Source of the DNA: an uncultured Spirochaetia bacterium
GTDB taxonomy: Bacteria > Spirochaetota > Spirochaetia > CAZBHR01
Direction of reading: 5' to 3'
Length of the DNA stretch: 64,000 nt
Assembly: GCA_964492025.1 (NCBI GenBank)
Contig: CAZBHR010000002.1
Coordinates: 106,568 to 170,567, forward strand
The notes under the pieces are model-generated. The model made no database searches. It was not told the DNA's origin and saw only the letters and a program-made list of their open reading frames with translations. The position numbers and the translations under genes are program-made. Shown here piece by piece: positions 1 through 8,695 of this stretch (its first letter is position 1; each line of letters begins with the position of its first letter).

Positions 1-342
1 GATCTCTTTTTAGACTTTATTCAAGAAGAGGATAGATCAATTTTGCTCTCATCTCATATTACCAGTGATTTAGAAAAAATTGCGGATTACATAACCTTTA
101 TTCATAAGGGAAAAGTGGCAATATCTACCACAAAAGATGAACTTATCTACAATTACGGTATTGTGCGGGGCTCAAAAGAGGATTTATCTGTGGTAGATCC
201 TGCAGATATTGTAGGGCGACGCACTCGGGAGAACCAAGAGAGCTTGTTGGTGCAAAATAAAGATCAGGTTGCAGAGAAGTACCCAAATCTGTTTATTGAT
301 AATAGTTCGTTAGAAGATATTATGCTTTACGTGCAAGGGTAG
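1..342 (+). CDS. ABC transporter ATP-binding protein, 3' part (gene begins upstream of window)
   Basis: Frame 1 is open from nt 1 to the stop at 340-342. Translation (...DRSILLSSHITSDLEKIADYITFIHKGKV...) matches the H-loop and C-terminal region of an ABC nucleotide-binding domain. Four small permease genes follow immediately. Confidence 0.6.
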   Translation, partial: DLFLDFIQEEDRSILLSSHITSDLEKIADYITFIHKGKVAISTTKDELIYNYGIVRGSKEDLSVVDPADIVGRRTRENQESLLVQNKDQVAEKYPNLFIDNSSLEDIMLYVQG

Positions 343-353
343 AGGAGATTAAT

Positions 354-986
354 ATGTTGGGGTTAATGAAGAATCATCTATATGCAGGTATGTATGGAAT
401 AAAAATAGCATTGGGCACTACCATTCTTCTTGCTGGTGCTGGAGTTGTGTTATTATCAGCTGGAGAAGGTTTACCGATGGATATTTTCTTTGCGTATTCG
501 GTTGTAATGCTTCCCTTTTTAGCTGTTTGCTCTATTAGCCCAGAAAGTGGAGCTAAGTGGAGTAGTTTTGAGTTGACCTTACCTATCTCAAAAAAAGATG
601 CCGTAGGTGCACAATATGTTATGTATTTTTGTTTCATGGTGGTTGGCTTACTGATAAGCTTTGTCTCTTTTGGAGTAAACGATCTTATTAACCCTCAAGT
701 AGTTTCTGTGCCTAAAATGATTTTTTCTTTTGTACTTTCCGTGCAAGAAGCCTTTATTATAGGGAGTGTGGGATTTCTACTTCTGATATTATTTGGACAA
801 GATAAAAGGGAAGTAATGTTTCTTTTAGCCTTCTTTATATCTGTTCCTTTTTCTATTGGATTCAGAATACTATTGGCTATATATGATATTTGGTATTTTC
901 CAATACTTATTGTGGTGAGTAGTGCTTTGTTATACATACTCTCTTATCTAATTTCTGTGGCTATATATAAGAAGAAAGATTTTTAA
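354..986 (+). CDS. ABC-2-type transporter permease, paralog 1 of 4
   Basis: 210 aa, hydrophobic with several predicted TM helices. N-terminus MLGLMKNHLY and C-terminus YKKKDF are shared with the three following ORFs. AGAGGAG ribosome-binding site just upstream. Confidence 0.55.
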   Translation: MLGLMKNHLYAGMYGIKIALGTTILLAGAGVVLLSAGEGLPMDIFFAYSVVMLPFLAVCSISPESGAKWSSFELTLPISKKDAVGAQYVMYFCFMVVGLLISFVSFGVNDLINPQVVSVPKMIFSFVLSVQEAFIIGSVGFLLLILFGQDKREVMFLLAFFISVPFSIGFRILLAIYDIWYFPILIVVSSALLYILSYLISVAIYKKKDF

Positions 987-998
987 AGGGAGGTTAAT

Positions 999-1664
999 AT
1001 GTTGGGGTTACTAAAGTATAATTATCATTCCTCATGGAGCTCTGTTCTTTTATCCTTTATACTGTACTTAACAGTATTATTTTTGGTTGTTATTATTCAG
1101 AGTTCTCTGATGTTTTCTCTTGCTGTATCACTGTCTTCTATGATGTTCTCCTTTTGCATATTTAGTACATCTGACCATGTAGATACCTCTACGTTATGGG
1201 CAAGTTTTGAGTTCTTACTTCCTATTGAAAAGAAAAAAATAATCCTAGCAAGGTATATTACTTTTCTTGTGTTTCTTCTGATGGGAGTTGTTTTAGGTGG
1301 CATTATTGTATGGTTACAGTCTGTTTTACAACCAGCACTACCTCTTCATACTCTCTTACTGGATATGTTCTTAGGTGTTGGATTTGGACTAGGATTTGGT
1401 GCAACTTTGATGGTAGAAACTTCTGCTTCAAAATCAGGTGGCAACCAAGGAATATCTGGATTGGTTTTTCTTGTAGCACCATTTTTGATACTCATCACTG
1501 TGGTGTGGGGAGTTGCAAAATTGTATGAGGTTTCCTTTATACAACTGTTCTTAGATAAGAGTATATATACTGTTGCTCTCTCTATATTTGTTCCTACAAA
1601 TATTCTTTTATGGCTTATTTCGTATCCTGTAAGTGTAAAACTTTACAAAACAAAGGAGTTTTAA
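999..1664 (+). CDS. ABC-2-type transporter permease, paralog 2 of 4
   Basis: 221 aa membrane protein, N-terminus MLGLLKYNYH, C-terminus YKTKEF. AGGGAGG ribosome-binding site upstream. Confidence 0.55.
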   Translation: MLGLLKYNYHSSWSSVLLSFILYLTVLFLVVIIQSSLMFSLAVSLSSMMFSFCIFSTSDHVDTSTLWASFEFLLPIEKKKIILARYITFLVFLLMGVVLGGIIVWLQSVLQPALPLHTLLLDMFLGVGFGLGFGATLMVETSASKSGGNQGISGLVFLVAPFLILITVVWGVAKLYEVSFIQLFLDKSIYTVALSIFVPTNILLWLISYPVSVKLYKTKEF

Positions 1665-2297
1665 ATGTTTGGTTTAATAAAGCATAATATCTATACTGGG
1701 GGCTTCGTTTTTTTTGTTTGGTTTGCACTATGCGCTGCTATTCTTTTTATAACAGGTATTGTGTCTAACCTAGCCAATTTTTCCATAGCTGCTTTTGGGT
1801 TCCTTGTCACTACTCCTATGCTGAGTACTGGAATGGTAAAGAAAGAGATACTCAGTCGTTGGAGTGTACAAGAATCGGTATTACCTATAAGAAAATATCA
1901 AGTTGTGACTACAAAATATATAGTACACTGCATATATTTAATTCCTTGCCTTATAGGAATCTTTGCTATTTTCTTTGTATTACCCTTGAGTAAAAGTGCT
2001 GGAGCTACTGTAGAGATAAGTGTTTTCGTATTTCTAGGAGTTTGTTTATCGTTATTATATGGAGCCCTCTATATACCATTTTTGTATATCTTAAAAGAGG
2101 CGAATCCAGACATTGTATCCCCCCTATGCTCTTTAATTGCAGCGGGACTTTTCGTTCTATCTATGAATATTTTTGATGGATCTTCTCTCTTTGAGGGTTT
2201 TAGTATGCGGGCTGTATATATCGCTCTGTTTATTGGACTTGTCTATGTAGCTTCAAATATACTTTCTTGGTATGTGTACAAGAAACGAGAGTTTTAG
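1665..2297 (+). CDS. ABC-2-type transporter permease, paralog 3 of 4
   Basis: 210 aa membrane protein, N-terminus MFGLIKHNIY, C-terminus YKKREF. ATG directly abuts the stop codon of paralog 2, with AAAGGAG upstream. Confidence 0.55.
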   Translation: MFGLIKHNIYTGGFVFFVWFALCAAILFITGIVSNLANFSIAAFGFLVTTPMLSTGMVKKEILSRWSVQESVLPIRKYQVVTTKYIVHCIYLIPCLIGIFAIFFVLPLSKSAGATVEISVFVFLGVCLSLLYGALYIPFLYILKEANPDIVSPLCSLIAAGLFVLSMNIFDGSSLFEGFSMRAVYIALFIGLVYVASNILSWYVYKKREF

Positions 2298-2363
2298 TTG
2301 TTCAAAAACATGGACGTAGTCCATGAAAAATTAATCGGCCATATTGAGGCAAAGGAGAACAAT

Positions 2364-2969
2364 ATGTTTGGTTTAATAAAAGATGTAATACATGCTCACA
2401 AATCGACAGTAATTATCTATGTCATAGTAGTAGTTCTTATCTCGCTCATTGCAATGTGGATAGAACGCTTTGATTTTCTAGACCTTTTTATTCCTGGGAT
2501 TCCCCCAGTTGCCTGTGTCTTGTTTCTTCCAGAACTCTATGGAAGAGAGACTCATTGGCATAATCAAAAAGCTACGGAAAAGCAGGTTGTTGGGTCTAAA
2601 TATGTGGTATTTCTTATGGTAATTGGGTTATCTTTTTTAGTATCATTACTGTTAACTATGTTTATTTCAGCCTCTGGCGAAAAAATAGTTGAATTTTTCA
2701 GAGCAGAATCTGCTTACATGGGGGTATCTCTTATTCTTGGAGCTACGTTCCTATTGTTGGCACACTTCTTGAATAAATATTCTCATCTCGTAATTATGCT
2801 AGTGAGTATGCTTGTATTGGTGGGTATCCTTGCGCTCATATTTGGTCTCTATAGCATTATATCATTCCCCCAGTCATCAGAAAAATTTATTTTTCTTGCT
2901 ATCAGCTGCGTGTTGTATATTATATCTTATTTTGTGTCAGTAGGTGTGTACAAGAAACGAGAGTTCTAG
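2364..2969 (+). CDS. ABC-2-type transporter permease, paralog 4 of 4
   Basis: The ORF track starts at 2298, but the ATG at 2364 is preceded by AAAGGAGA and gives N-terminus MFGLIKDVIH, matching the other paralogs. C-terminus YKKREF. Confidence 0.55.
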   Translation: MFGLIKDVIHAHKSTVIIYVIVVVLISLIAMWIERFDFLDLFIPGIPPVACVLFLPELYGRETHWHNQKATEKQVVGSKYVVFLMVIGLSFLVSLLLTMFISASGEKIVEFFRAESAYMGVSLILGATFLLLAHFLNKYSHLVIMLVSMLVLVGILALIFGLYSIISFPQSSEKFIFLAISCVLYIISYFVSVGVYKKREF

Positions 2970-2994
2970 AGAATTCTGCTACTGAACTTATAAA

Positions 2995-3026
2995 ACACCA
3001 CCCAAAGTAGGGTGGTGTTTCTTTAT
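2995..3026. terminator. Bidirectional intrinsic terminator between convergent genes
   Basis: Stem ACACCACCC (2995-3003) pairs with GGGTGGTGT (3010-3018) around loop AAAGTA. A-rich 5' flank and T-rich 3' flank (TTCTTTAT). Sits between permease paralog 4 (+) and the aminopeptidase gene (-). Confidence 0.5.
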
Positions 3027-3030
3027 AAAC

Positions 3031-4818
3031 TTATACTTCTGCAGTGGCCTCCGCAAGCCACTCCTGAACCGGTTCTGCTAAAAGGGGAGCCAGTTCTGCA
3101 TACACTCCAGCGTGGTAGTCATTGAGCCAATCTTTCTCCTCTGCGGTGAGGGCATCTGTATTAATCAGTTTTCGCTCAAAGGGTGTTATGGTAAGGGTTT
3201 CAAAACCGAGCCACTGGGCAAACTCTGTTGTTTCGCGTTTCTCTACAAGTACGAGATTTTCCAGTCGTATTCCATGTTTCCCTTCACGGTAAAGTCCTGG
3301 TTCATTGGAAAGGTACTGTCCAGCTTCCAGAGCAACATTAATTCCCTTTGGAGAGATACTCATAGGCCCTTCGTGTACATTCATGAAAAATCCTACTCCG
3401 TGTCCCGTTCCATGGCCGTAGTTCAATCCTACATCCCAGAGTGGTTTTCGTGCCAGTATATCAATCTGGTGTCCAAAGGTTCCTACGGGAAACTGGGCTG
3501 TTGCTAAGGCAATATGCCCTTTGAGTACTGCTGTGTAATCGGAAACCTGCTCCTCTGTGGGCTCTCCAATTAAGAGGGTTCTGGTAATATCGGTGGTTCC
3601 GCAGAGGTACTGTCCTCCTGAATCAAACACCATAAGCCCCTGTCCAGAAAGTGGTGCCGATAGCTCCTTTGATGCATGGTAGTGGTTAAGTACTCCATTC
3701 TCCTGATACCCCGCAATGGTAGCAAAGCTTTCATCAGTAAATCCCTTTTGTGCAGATCGGCACTCCTTAATTTTCTCCATGGTGTCCCACTCTGTAAGGG
3801 TACTTTTATCTTCAATAGAGTCAAACCAGTGTAGAAAGTTTGCCATTGCTACTCCATCAAGCTTATGTGCCTCTCTGAGTTGTGCTTTTTCGGTCTCTGT
3901 TTTTACTGCTTTTCGTGTAGTTATTGGGTGGGGTGTTATCTCCTTACCTACAACACTCTTCTGGAACTTTGTTATGAGTCCATAGGGTGCTGAGGTGGGG
4001 TCAATAATTACAGTTCCCTGAAGGGCTTCTACCTGACCATATACGCTATCGTAGGGGAGGAGTGTTACACTCTCTCCCAGTTCTGCTTGTAGCTCTTTAC
4101 TAAACGCTTCAATATGGGTGCAGAGAATTGCTTGCTTATTTGGGTTTCTAGATATTATCAAAAACCCCTCAAAAACAGGGTTGTACTGTTGCACAGTTCC
4201 TCGCAGGTTTAGGAGGTACCCAATCTCCGCAAGGTTTGTAGAAAGAAGGACATCCGATTTCCGCTCTTCCATATAGGTATACGCCCATGCGAGTCTCTCC
4301 TCTCGGGTCTCTCCTGTGTACGATGAATCAAGCGATACCACTTGCTCTTCTGGTGGGTTTGGTCGGTCTTCCCAGAGGGGAAGAAAGATGTTTTCCATTC
4401 CTTGTAAGGTTATACCTGCTCCTTCCAGCTCTTTTTGTAGGTCTAAAAATCCCTTGAATGAGATAGTCATACTATCAACACCAATAACAGATCCCTTCGG
4501 CATTTCTGCTTTCAGCCAATCTCCGTAGGAGAGTACTTCAGGAAGACCAAATTTATGAATTTCTACAGAAGTGCCTTCAACTTCACGGGCTGCTTGTACA
4601 TAGTATCTGCTGTCCACCCAAAGGTGTATTGCATCTTGGAGAACTACCACGGTTCCGGCAGATCCACTAAAACCAGTAATTCCCTGGCGTTCCATCCAGT
4701 GGGGTGGGAGATATTCGGTCTGATGAGGGTCTGTCCCTGTTATAATCCACCCGTCTATATTCTGCTTTGTAAGCTCCTCTTGAACACGGGAAATGCGGTT
4801 GTTTATGGTACTTTTCAT
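3031..4818 (-). CDS. Xaa-Pro aminopeptidase (M24B, aminopeptidase P family)
   Basis: 595 aa. C-terminal catalytic region with HGTGHGVGFFMNVHEGP and downstream acidic metal-ligand residues typical of M24B. AGGAG ribosome-binding site upstream of the ATG at 4818. Confidence 0.75.
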   Translation of the reverse strand: MKSTINNRISRVQEELTKQNIDGWIITGTDPHQTEYLPPHWMERQGITGFSGSAGTVVVLQDAIHLWVDSRYYVQAAREVEGTSVEIHKFGLPEVLSYGDWLKAEMPKGSVIGVDSMTISFKGFLDLQKELEGAGITLQGMENIFLPLWEDRPNPPEEQVVSLDSSYTGETREERLAWAYTYMEERKSDVLLSTNLAEIGYLLNLRGTVQQYNPVFEGFLIISRNPNKQAILCTHIEAFSKELQAELGESVTLLPYDSVYGQVEALQGTVIIDPTSAPYGLITKFQKSVVGKEITPHPITTRKAVKTETEKAQLREAHKLDGVAMANFLHWFDSIEDKSTLTEWDTMEKIKECRSAQKGFTDESFATIAGYQENGVLNHYHASKELSAPLSGQGLMVFDSGGQYLCGTTDITRTLLIGEPTEEQVSDYTAVLKGHIALATAQFPVGTFGHQIDILARKPLWDVGLNYGHGTGHGVGFFMNVHEGPMSISPKGINVALEAGQYLSNEPGLYREGKHGIRLENLVLVEKRETTEFAQWLGFETLTITPFERKLINTDALTAEEKDWLNDYHAGVYAELAPLLAEPVQEWLAEATAEV

Positions 4819-4946
4819 TCTCTCTACTCCTAAGGGGATTATATTACTCTATGCTAGCAAAAAACATAGAGTTTTTACACCCCTTATTCTCTCTCTATTG
4901 ATTTATTTTTTTATGTGTATTACTTTGTGTATAGGAGTGTGTATAT

Positions 4947-5141
4947 ATGAGAACAAATATCGTACTTAACGATGAATTAATACGAGAAGCCTTTCTCTAT
5001 GCTGGTACTATTAAAACAAAGAGAGAGTTGATTGAAGTTGCGTTGCAGGAGTATGTGGATAATTGTAAACGTAAAAAATTGAGTGATCTTAGAGGGGCGA
5101 TTCAGTTTTTAGATGATTACAATCACAAAGAGATGAGGTAG
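4947..5141 (+). CDS. vapB: Type II antitoxin, VapB-like
   Basis: 64-aa ORF (MRTNIVLNDELIREAF...) sits 4 nt upstream of a PIN-domain gene, the usual antitoxin-toxin arrangement. Confidence 0.6.
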   Translation: MRTNIVLNDELIREAFLYAGTIKTKRELIEVALQEYVDNCKRKKLSDLRGAIQFLDDYNHKEMR

Positions 5142-5145
5142 TCCG

Positions 5146-5565
5146 ATGTTTCTGGTGGATACCTCATTTTTTATTGACTACTTTAAAGGAACCGAAGGCT
5201 CGGAGTTTACTCAGTTTACACACCTTGTAGAGCAGGGAGTTCCCTGTGGAATTAATACATATATTTATCAAGAGTTACTCCAAGGAGCAAAAGACGAAAA
5301 GGAGTACGGTCTTCTTAAAAAGTATCTAAGCTCACTCCCTTTTTACCCTTTGAAGGATAATAAACAGTCTATTGAAGAGGCAGCCGCTCTTTACAGAAGG
5401 TGCCGGAAAAAGGGTGTTACCATAAGGAGCACTATAGACTGCCTTATTGTCCAAACAGCTTTAGAACATAATCTTGTGCTAGCTCATAATGACCGAGATT
5501 TTATTCGAATAGGAGAGGTTGTACCAGCACTGAAGCTCTTTTCTCCCGTAGCCTTTCTCTCCTGA
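5146..5565 (+). CDS. vapC: PIN-domain ribonuclease toxin, VapC-like
   Basis: 139 aa. N-terminus MFLVDTSFFIDYF carries the conserved N-terminal Asp of PIN domains. Tightly coupled to the upstream antitoxin ORF. Confidence 0.65.
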   Translation: MFLVDTSFFIDYFKGTEGSEFTQFTHLVEQGVPCGINTYIYQELLQGAKDEKEYGLLKKYLSSLPFYPLKDNKQSIEEAAALYRRCRKKGVTIRSTIDCLIVQTALEHNLVLAHNDRDFIRIGEVVPALKLFSPVAFLS

Positions 5566-5778
5566 TTCCTCCTCATTTGCACCTATAATCCTGCTTTTAC
5601 AGTTGCTTTTTGCATATTCCCTCGAAAAAGTGTTGCAACGGATATACCCTAGATAATAGAGGGAGATCATGTATAGAAAAGCTACTACCTACGGAAGTAC
5701 TTCTTTTTCTAAGGTCTTGTTGCTCTGTTCTTCCAACACTCTGGGGTGATCTAGTTGGACTCTCTAGGTATTTCTTAC

Positions 5779-5803
5779 AAAAAAAGGGGTTCCGAAGAAC
5801 CCC
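5779..5803 (-). terminator. Intrinsic terminator at the end of the nucleoside operon
   Basis: On the minus strand, stem GGGGTTC / GAACCCC (5786-5803) with a 4-nt loop is followed by a 7-nt U run (complement of the A run at 5779-5785). Lies 23 nt downstream of the phosphorylase stop. Confidence 0.6.
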
Positions 5804-5825
5804 GTGTATCACAAAGGAGAGATAC

Positions 5826-6656
5826 TTACCAAGCTTTGGTAATACCTCGTACTAGGTTAATAAACTGCTCTTTTACCATTGCTCCAACTTCGAGAACCTC
5901 CGCATGATTTAGGGGTTGATCCATAACACCCGCTGCCATATTGGTAATACATGATATTCCGAGTACTTTCATTCCACAGTGGTTTGCCGCAATTACTTCG
6001 GGTACTGTAGACATTCCCACTGCATCGGCACCCAGAATTTGGGCGAGTTTGACCTCTGCTGGGGTTTCATAGGTTGGGCCAGGAAACATCATATACACAC
6101 CCTCTTGGAGTGTGGTTCCTTGGCTCTCTGCAACCTGCTTAGCCATGTTCCGTAGATTTTCTGGGTACGCATACGTCATATCGGGGAACCGAGGGCCTAA
6201 TTCATCAAGATTGAGTCCCCGTAGGGGTGTGTCATCTACAAACTTAATATGGTCTCGAATAAGCATAAGGGTTCCTGGCTTATAGGTAGTGTTTGAGCCA
6301 CCAGCGGCGTTGGTAATAAGTACCTTATCCATTCCAAGCAGTTTCATTACAGGAATAGGGAAGGCAGCCTCTGCCATGGTGTACCCTTCGTAATAGTGAA
6401 AACGCCCCTGCATAACCATAACACTCTTTCCTTCAAGCTCTCCAATTACCAGCTGACCAGCATGATCGGCTACGGTGGATACTGGAAATCCCGGTATATC
6501 TTTGTATGGTATAATAAGAGGATTTTCCACCTCTTCTCCTAATACTCCTAAGCCTGATCCTAGGATCATTCCAATTGATGGGGTAGGAACCCCCGCTTCA
6601 GAAATCCTACTTCTTAAATAATCCGCTGCTCTGTTTAATACTTCCATTCTATTCAT
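5826..6656 (-). CDS. punA: Purine nucleoside phosphorylase (PNP/MTAP family)
   Basis: 276 aa containing GMSTVPEVIAANHCGMKVLGISCITNMAAG, the family signature. Last gene of the BMP nucleoside transporter operon. Confidence 0.7.
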   Translation of the reverse strand: MNRMEVLNRAADYLRSRISEAGVPTPSIGMILGSGLGVLGEEVENPLIIPYKDIPGFPVSTVADHAGQLVIGELEGKSVMVMQGRFHYYEGYTMAEAAFPIPVMKLLGMDKVLITNAAGGSNTTYKPGTLMLIRDHIKFVDDTPLRGLNLDELGPRFPDMTYAYPENLRNMAKQVAESQGTTLQEGVYMMFPGPTYETPAEVKLAQILGADAVGMSTVPEVIAANHCGMKVLGISCITNMAAGVMDQPLNHAEVLEVGAMVKEQFINLVRGITKAW

Positions 6657-6659
6657 TGT

Positions 6660-7610
6660 TTACTCCTGTCCTGGTATATATGGTTCTCCCACAGCCTTTG
6701 GAGCTCGGGATTGTTTTGAAAATAGCACAAGTGCTATAAGGGTTATTACGTAGGGAAAGGTTTTTAGGAACACCGGAGGAATCGCACCTAACTCTGGTAC
6801 TACTTGAGATACGTTTGCTAAAGTTGAGGCGAGTCCAAAAAAGAAGGTTGCCCCTAAAATCCCCAATGGCTTCCACTGTCCAAAAATCAAAGAGGCCAAA
6901 GCTAAGAATCCTAGCCCCGCAACGGTTCCGTTAAACTCTCCTGACTGTGTTACTAAAACTAAAGAACCCCCTAGTCCTGCAAGGGCTCCAGAGATGGTTA
7001 CTGCTAGGTATCGCATTTTGGGGACATGAATACCCGCTGACGCTGCTGCATGGGGATGTTCTCCACAGGATCGTAGCCTTAGCCCAAAGGATGTTTTATA
7101 GAGGAGCCACCAAGAGAACAGGAGAATCCCCAACACAATCCATGTGGTGTAATAGGTGTTTGTAAAGAAGAGGGGACCTATAAAAGGGATGGAACTCAAT
7201 ACCGGAATGTTCGTTCGAATAATTCCCATACGAATTGGAATATTTCCACTTCCCGTAATAGTTCCTGCCAAGTACATTGTGAGAGCTCCCGCAAGCATAT
7301 TAATCGCGGTTCCACTAATTACCTGATTTGCATTCAGGGTAATTGCAGCAAATGCATGGAGAAGGGAGAAGAGTGCCCCTGCTAATACTGCTACAATGAG
7401 CCCTACGTAGATAGCCATAGAGGATCCTAATGGCCCTTGTAAGTAGTAAATTGTTATGGCGGAAGCAAAAAACCCTACTACCATAAGTCCTTCTAGTCCA
7501 ATATTTACTACACCACTTCGCTCACTGTACAGTCCTCCAAGTGCAGTAATAAGAAGGATCATGGTATACGCAACAGCGTAAGGTGCTATTTGTGTGATAA
7601 TCGTAATCAT
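6660..7610 (-). CDS. Nucleoside ABC transporter permease
   Basis: 316 aa polytopic membrane protein, 4-nt overlap with the upstream permease, within the BMP/ATPase operon. Confidence 0.65.
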   Translation of the reverse strand: MITIITQIAPYAVAYTMILLITALGGLYSERSGVVNIGLEGLMVVGFFASAITIYYLQGPLGSSMAIYVGLIVAVLAGALFSLLHAFAAITLNANQVISGTAINMLAGALTMYLAGTITGSGNIPIRMGIIRTNIPVLSSIPFIGPLFFTNTYYTTWIVLGILLFSWWLLYKTSFGLRLRSCGEHPHAAASAGIHVPKMRYLAVTISGALAGLGGSLVLVTQSGEFNGTVAGLGFLALASLIFGQWKPLGILGATFFFGLASTLANVSQVVPELGAIPPVFLKTFPYVITLIALVLFSKQSRAPKAVGEPYIPGQE

Positions 7611-8695
7611 AGATTTTTCTCCTTTGACCCTTTGATTCTGCGTGCAATTTTTGTCCAGTACCGCTCAATAAGAAGACTAATAGCAGTAAAATAGATAATT
7701 GTAGCAATGATAGTATCTGAGATCTGAGTAGGGATATCTGTAATGGCATTCATCAAACCTTTCCCTGTGTGGAGGACTCCAAAGAATAGGGCTGCTGCCA
7801 GTACTCCAAAGGGATTTGTTGCTCCGAGAAGTGCTACAGCAATTCCATCAAACCCTTGGTTTGGAAGTACTCCAATCTGCATGCTTGTGGCAAAACCTGT
7901 ATAAAAGGTGAGTCCCCCAAGACCTGCAAGAGCTCCTGCAATGCCCATAGAAAGAACAATATTTCTCTCTACCTTAACACCGGCATATTCTGCAGCATCT
8001 CTGTTGTGTCCTACCGCTTTTAGCTCAAATCCTAGGGTTGTTTTCTCTAAAATAAACCAGATTAAGAATACCGCACCAATAGCTAAAAAAAGTCCGTAGT
8101 TAATGTATGACCCATTAAAGAGGTTCGTAAGCCAATCAGCCCGTAATGAGGCCTCTAGGGCAATTTTTTTACTTTCTGTCTCTAGGGTAGGTCCCTTGAG
8201 ATAGGATGGTACAAAGTAGTATACCACCCAGTAGGCTATCCAGTTCATCATAATAGTAGAAACTACCTCATGCACATTAAACTTTGCCTTAATGAGTCCT
8301 GGAATAAATCCCCATAGAGCTCCTGCTAGTGCAGCCGCTAAAATCATAGTGGGTAGGAGAATTGCTCTTGGGAGTGGCACCAGTAGGGCGACGGTGGTCG
8401 CAGCTAATCCTCCAGCAAGCATCTGACCAGCTGCTCCAATATTGAAGAGTCCCGTTCTAAATGCGTATGCTACGGAGAGTCCCGTAAAGATAAGGGTGGT
8501 TGCGGTGGCTAGGGAGTTTCCTATACGCTCAATGTTCATAAGGCCACCCTTAAATAGGTTAATATATCCTACAATAGGGTTTGCTCCTACCATAAGAATA
8601 AACACTGCTCCAACGAGAAGCCCTAATACCACAGATATAAGAGAGATAGCCAGGGGTCCTGGTTTTTCGAACCGTTTTTTTCCTAACTCTTTCAT
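7607..8695 (-). CDS. Nucleoside ABC transporter permease
   Basis: 362 aa polytopic membrane protein, 4-nt overlap with the ATPase gene. Confidence 0.65.
   Translation of the reverse strand: MKELGKKRFEKPGPLAISLISVVLGLLVGAVFILMVGANPIVGYINLFKGGLMNIERIGNSLATATTLIFTGLSVAYAFRTGLFNIGAAGQMLAGGLAATTVALLVPLPRAILLPTMILAAALAGALWGFIPGLIKAKFNVHEVVSTIMMNWIAYWVVYYFVPSYLKGPTLETESKKIALEASLRADWLTNLFNGSYINYGLFLAIGAVFLIWFILEKTTLGFELKAVGHNRDAAEYAGVKVERNIVLSMGIAGALAGLGGLTFYTGFATSMQIGVLPNQGFDGIAVALLGATNPFGVLAAALFFGVLHTGKGLMNAITDIPTQISDTIIATIIYFTAISLLIERYWTKIARRIKGSKEKNL

Noticed and set aside
3112-3507. Antisense and nested ORFs of 60-150 aa throughout the six-frame track (e.g. 3112-3507 +, 10747-11202 +, 32805-33134 -, 47461-47877 +, 22315-22524 -).
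   Set aside because: Each lies wholly inside a longer, well-supported gene on the opposite strand or in another frame, has low-complexity or atypical composition, and lacks a ribosome-binding site. They are treated as chance ORFs.
5566-5825. Small ORFs (5597-5812 -, 5610-5855 +) or a small RNA in the 260-nt gap between vapC and the phosphorylase gene.
   Set aside because: The ORFs overlap each other on opposite strands and lack ribosome-binding sites. The only clear structure is the intrinsic terminator at 5779-5803. An ncRNA cannot be excluded but nothing in the sequence supports one.
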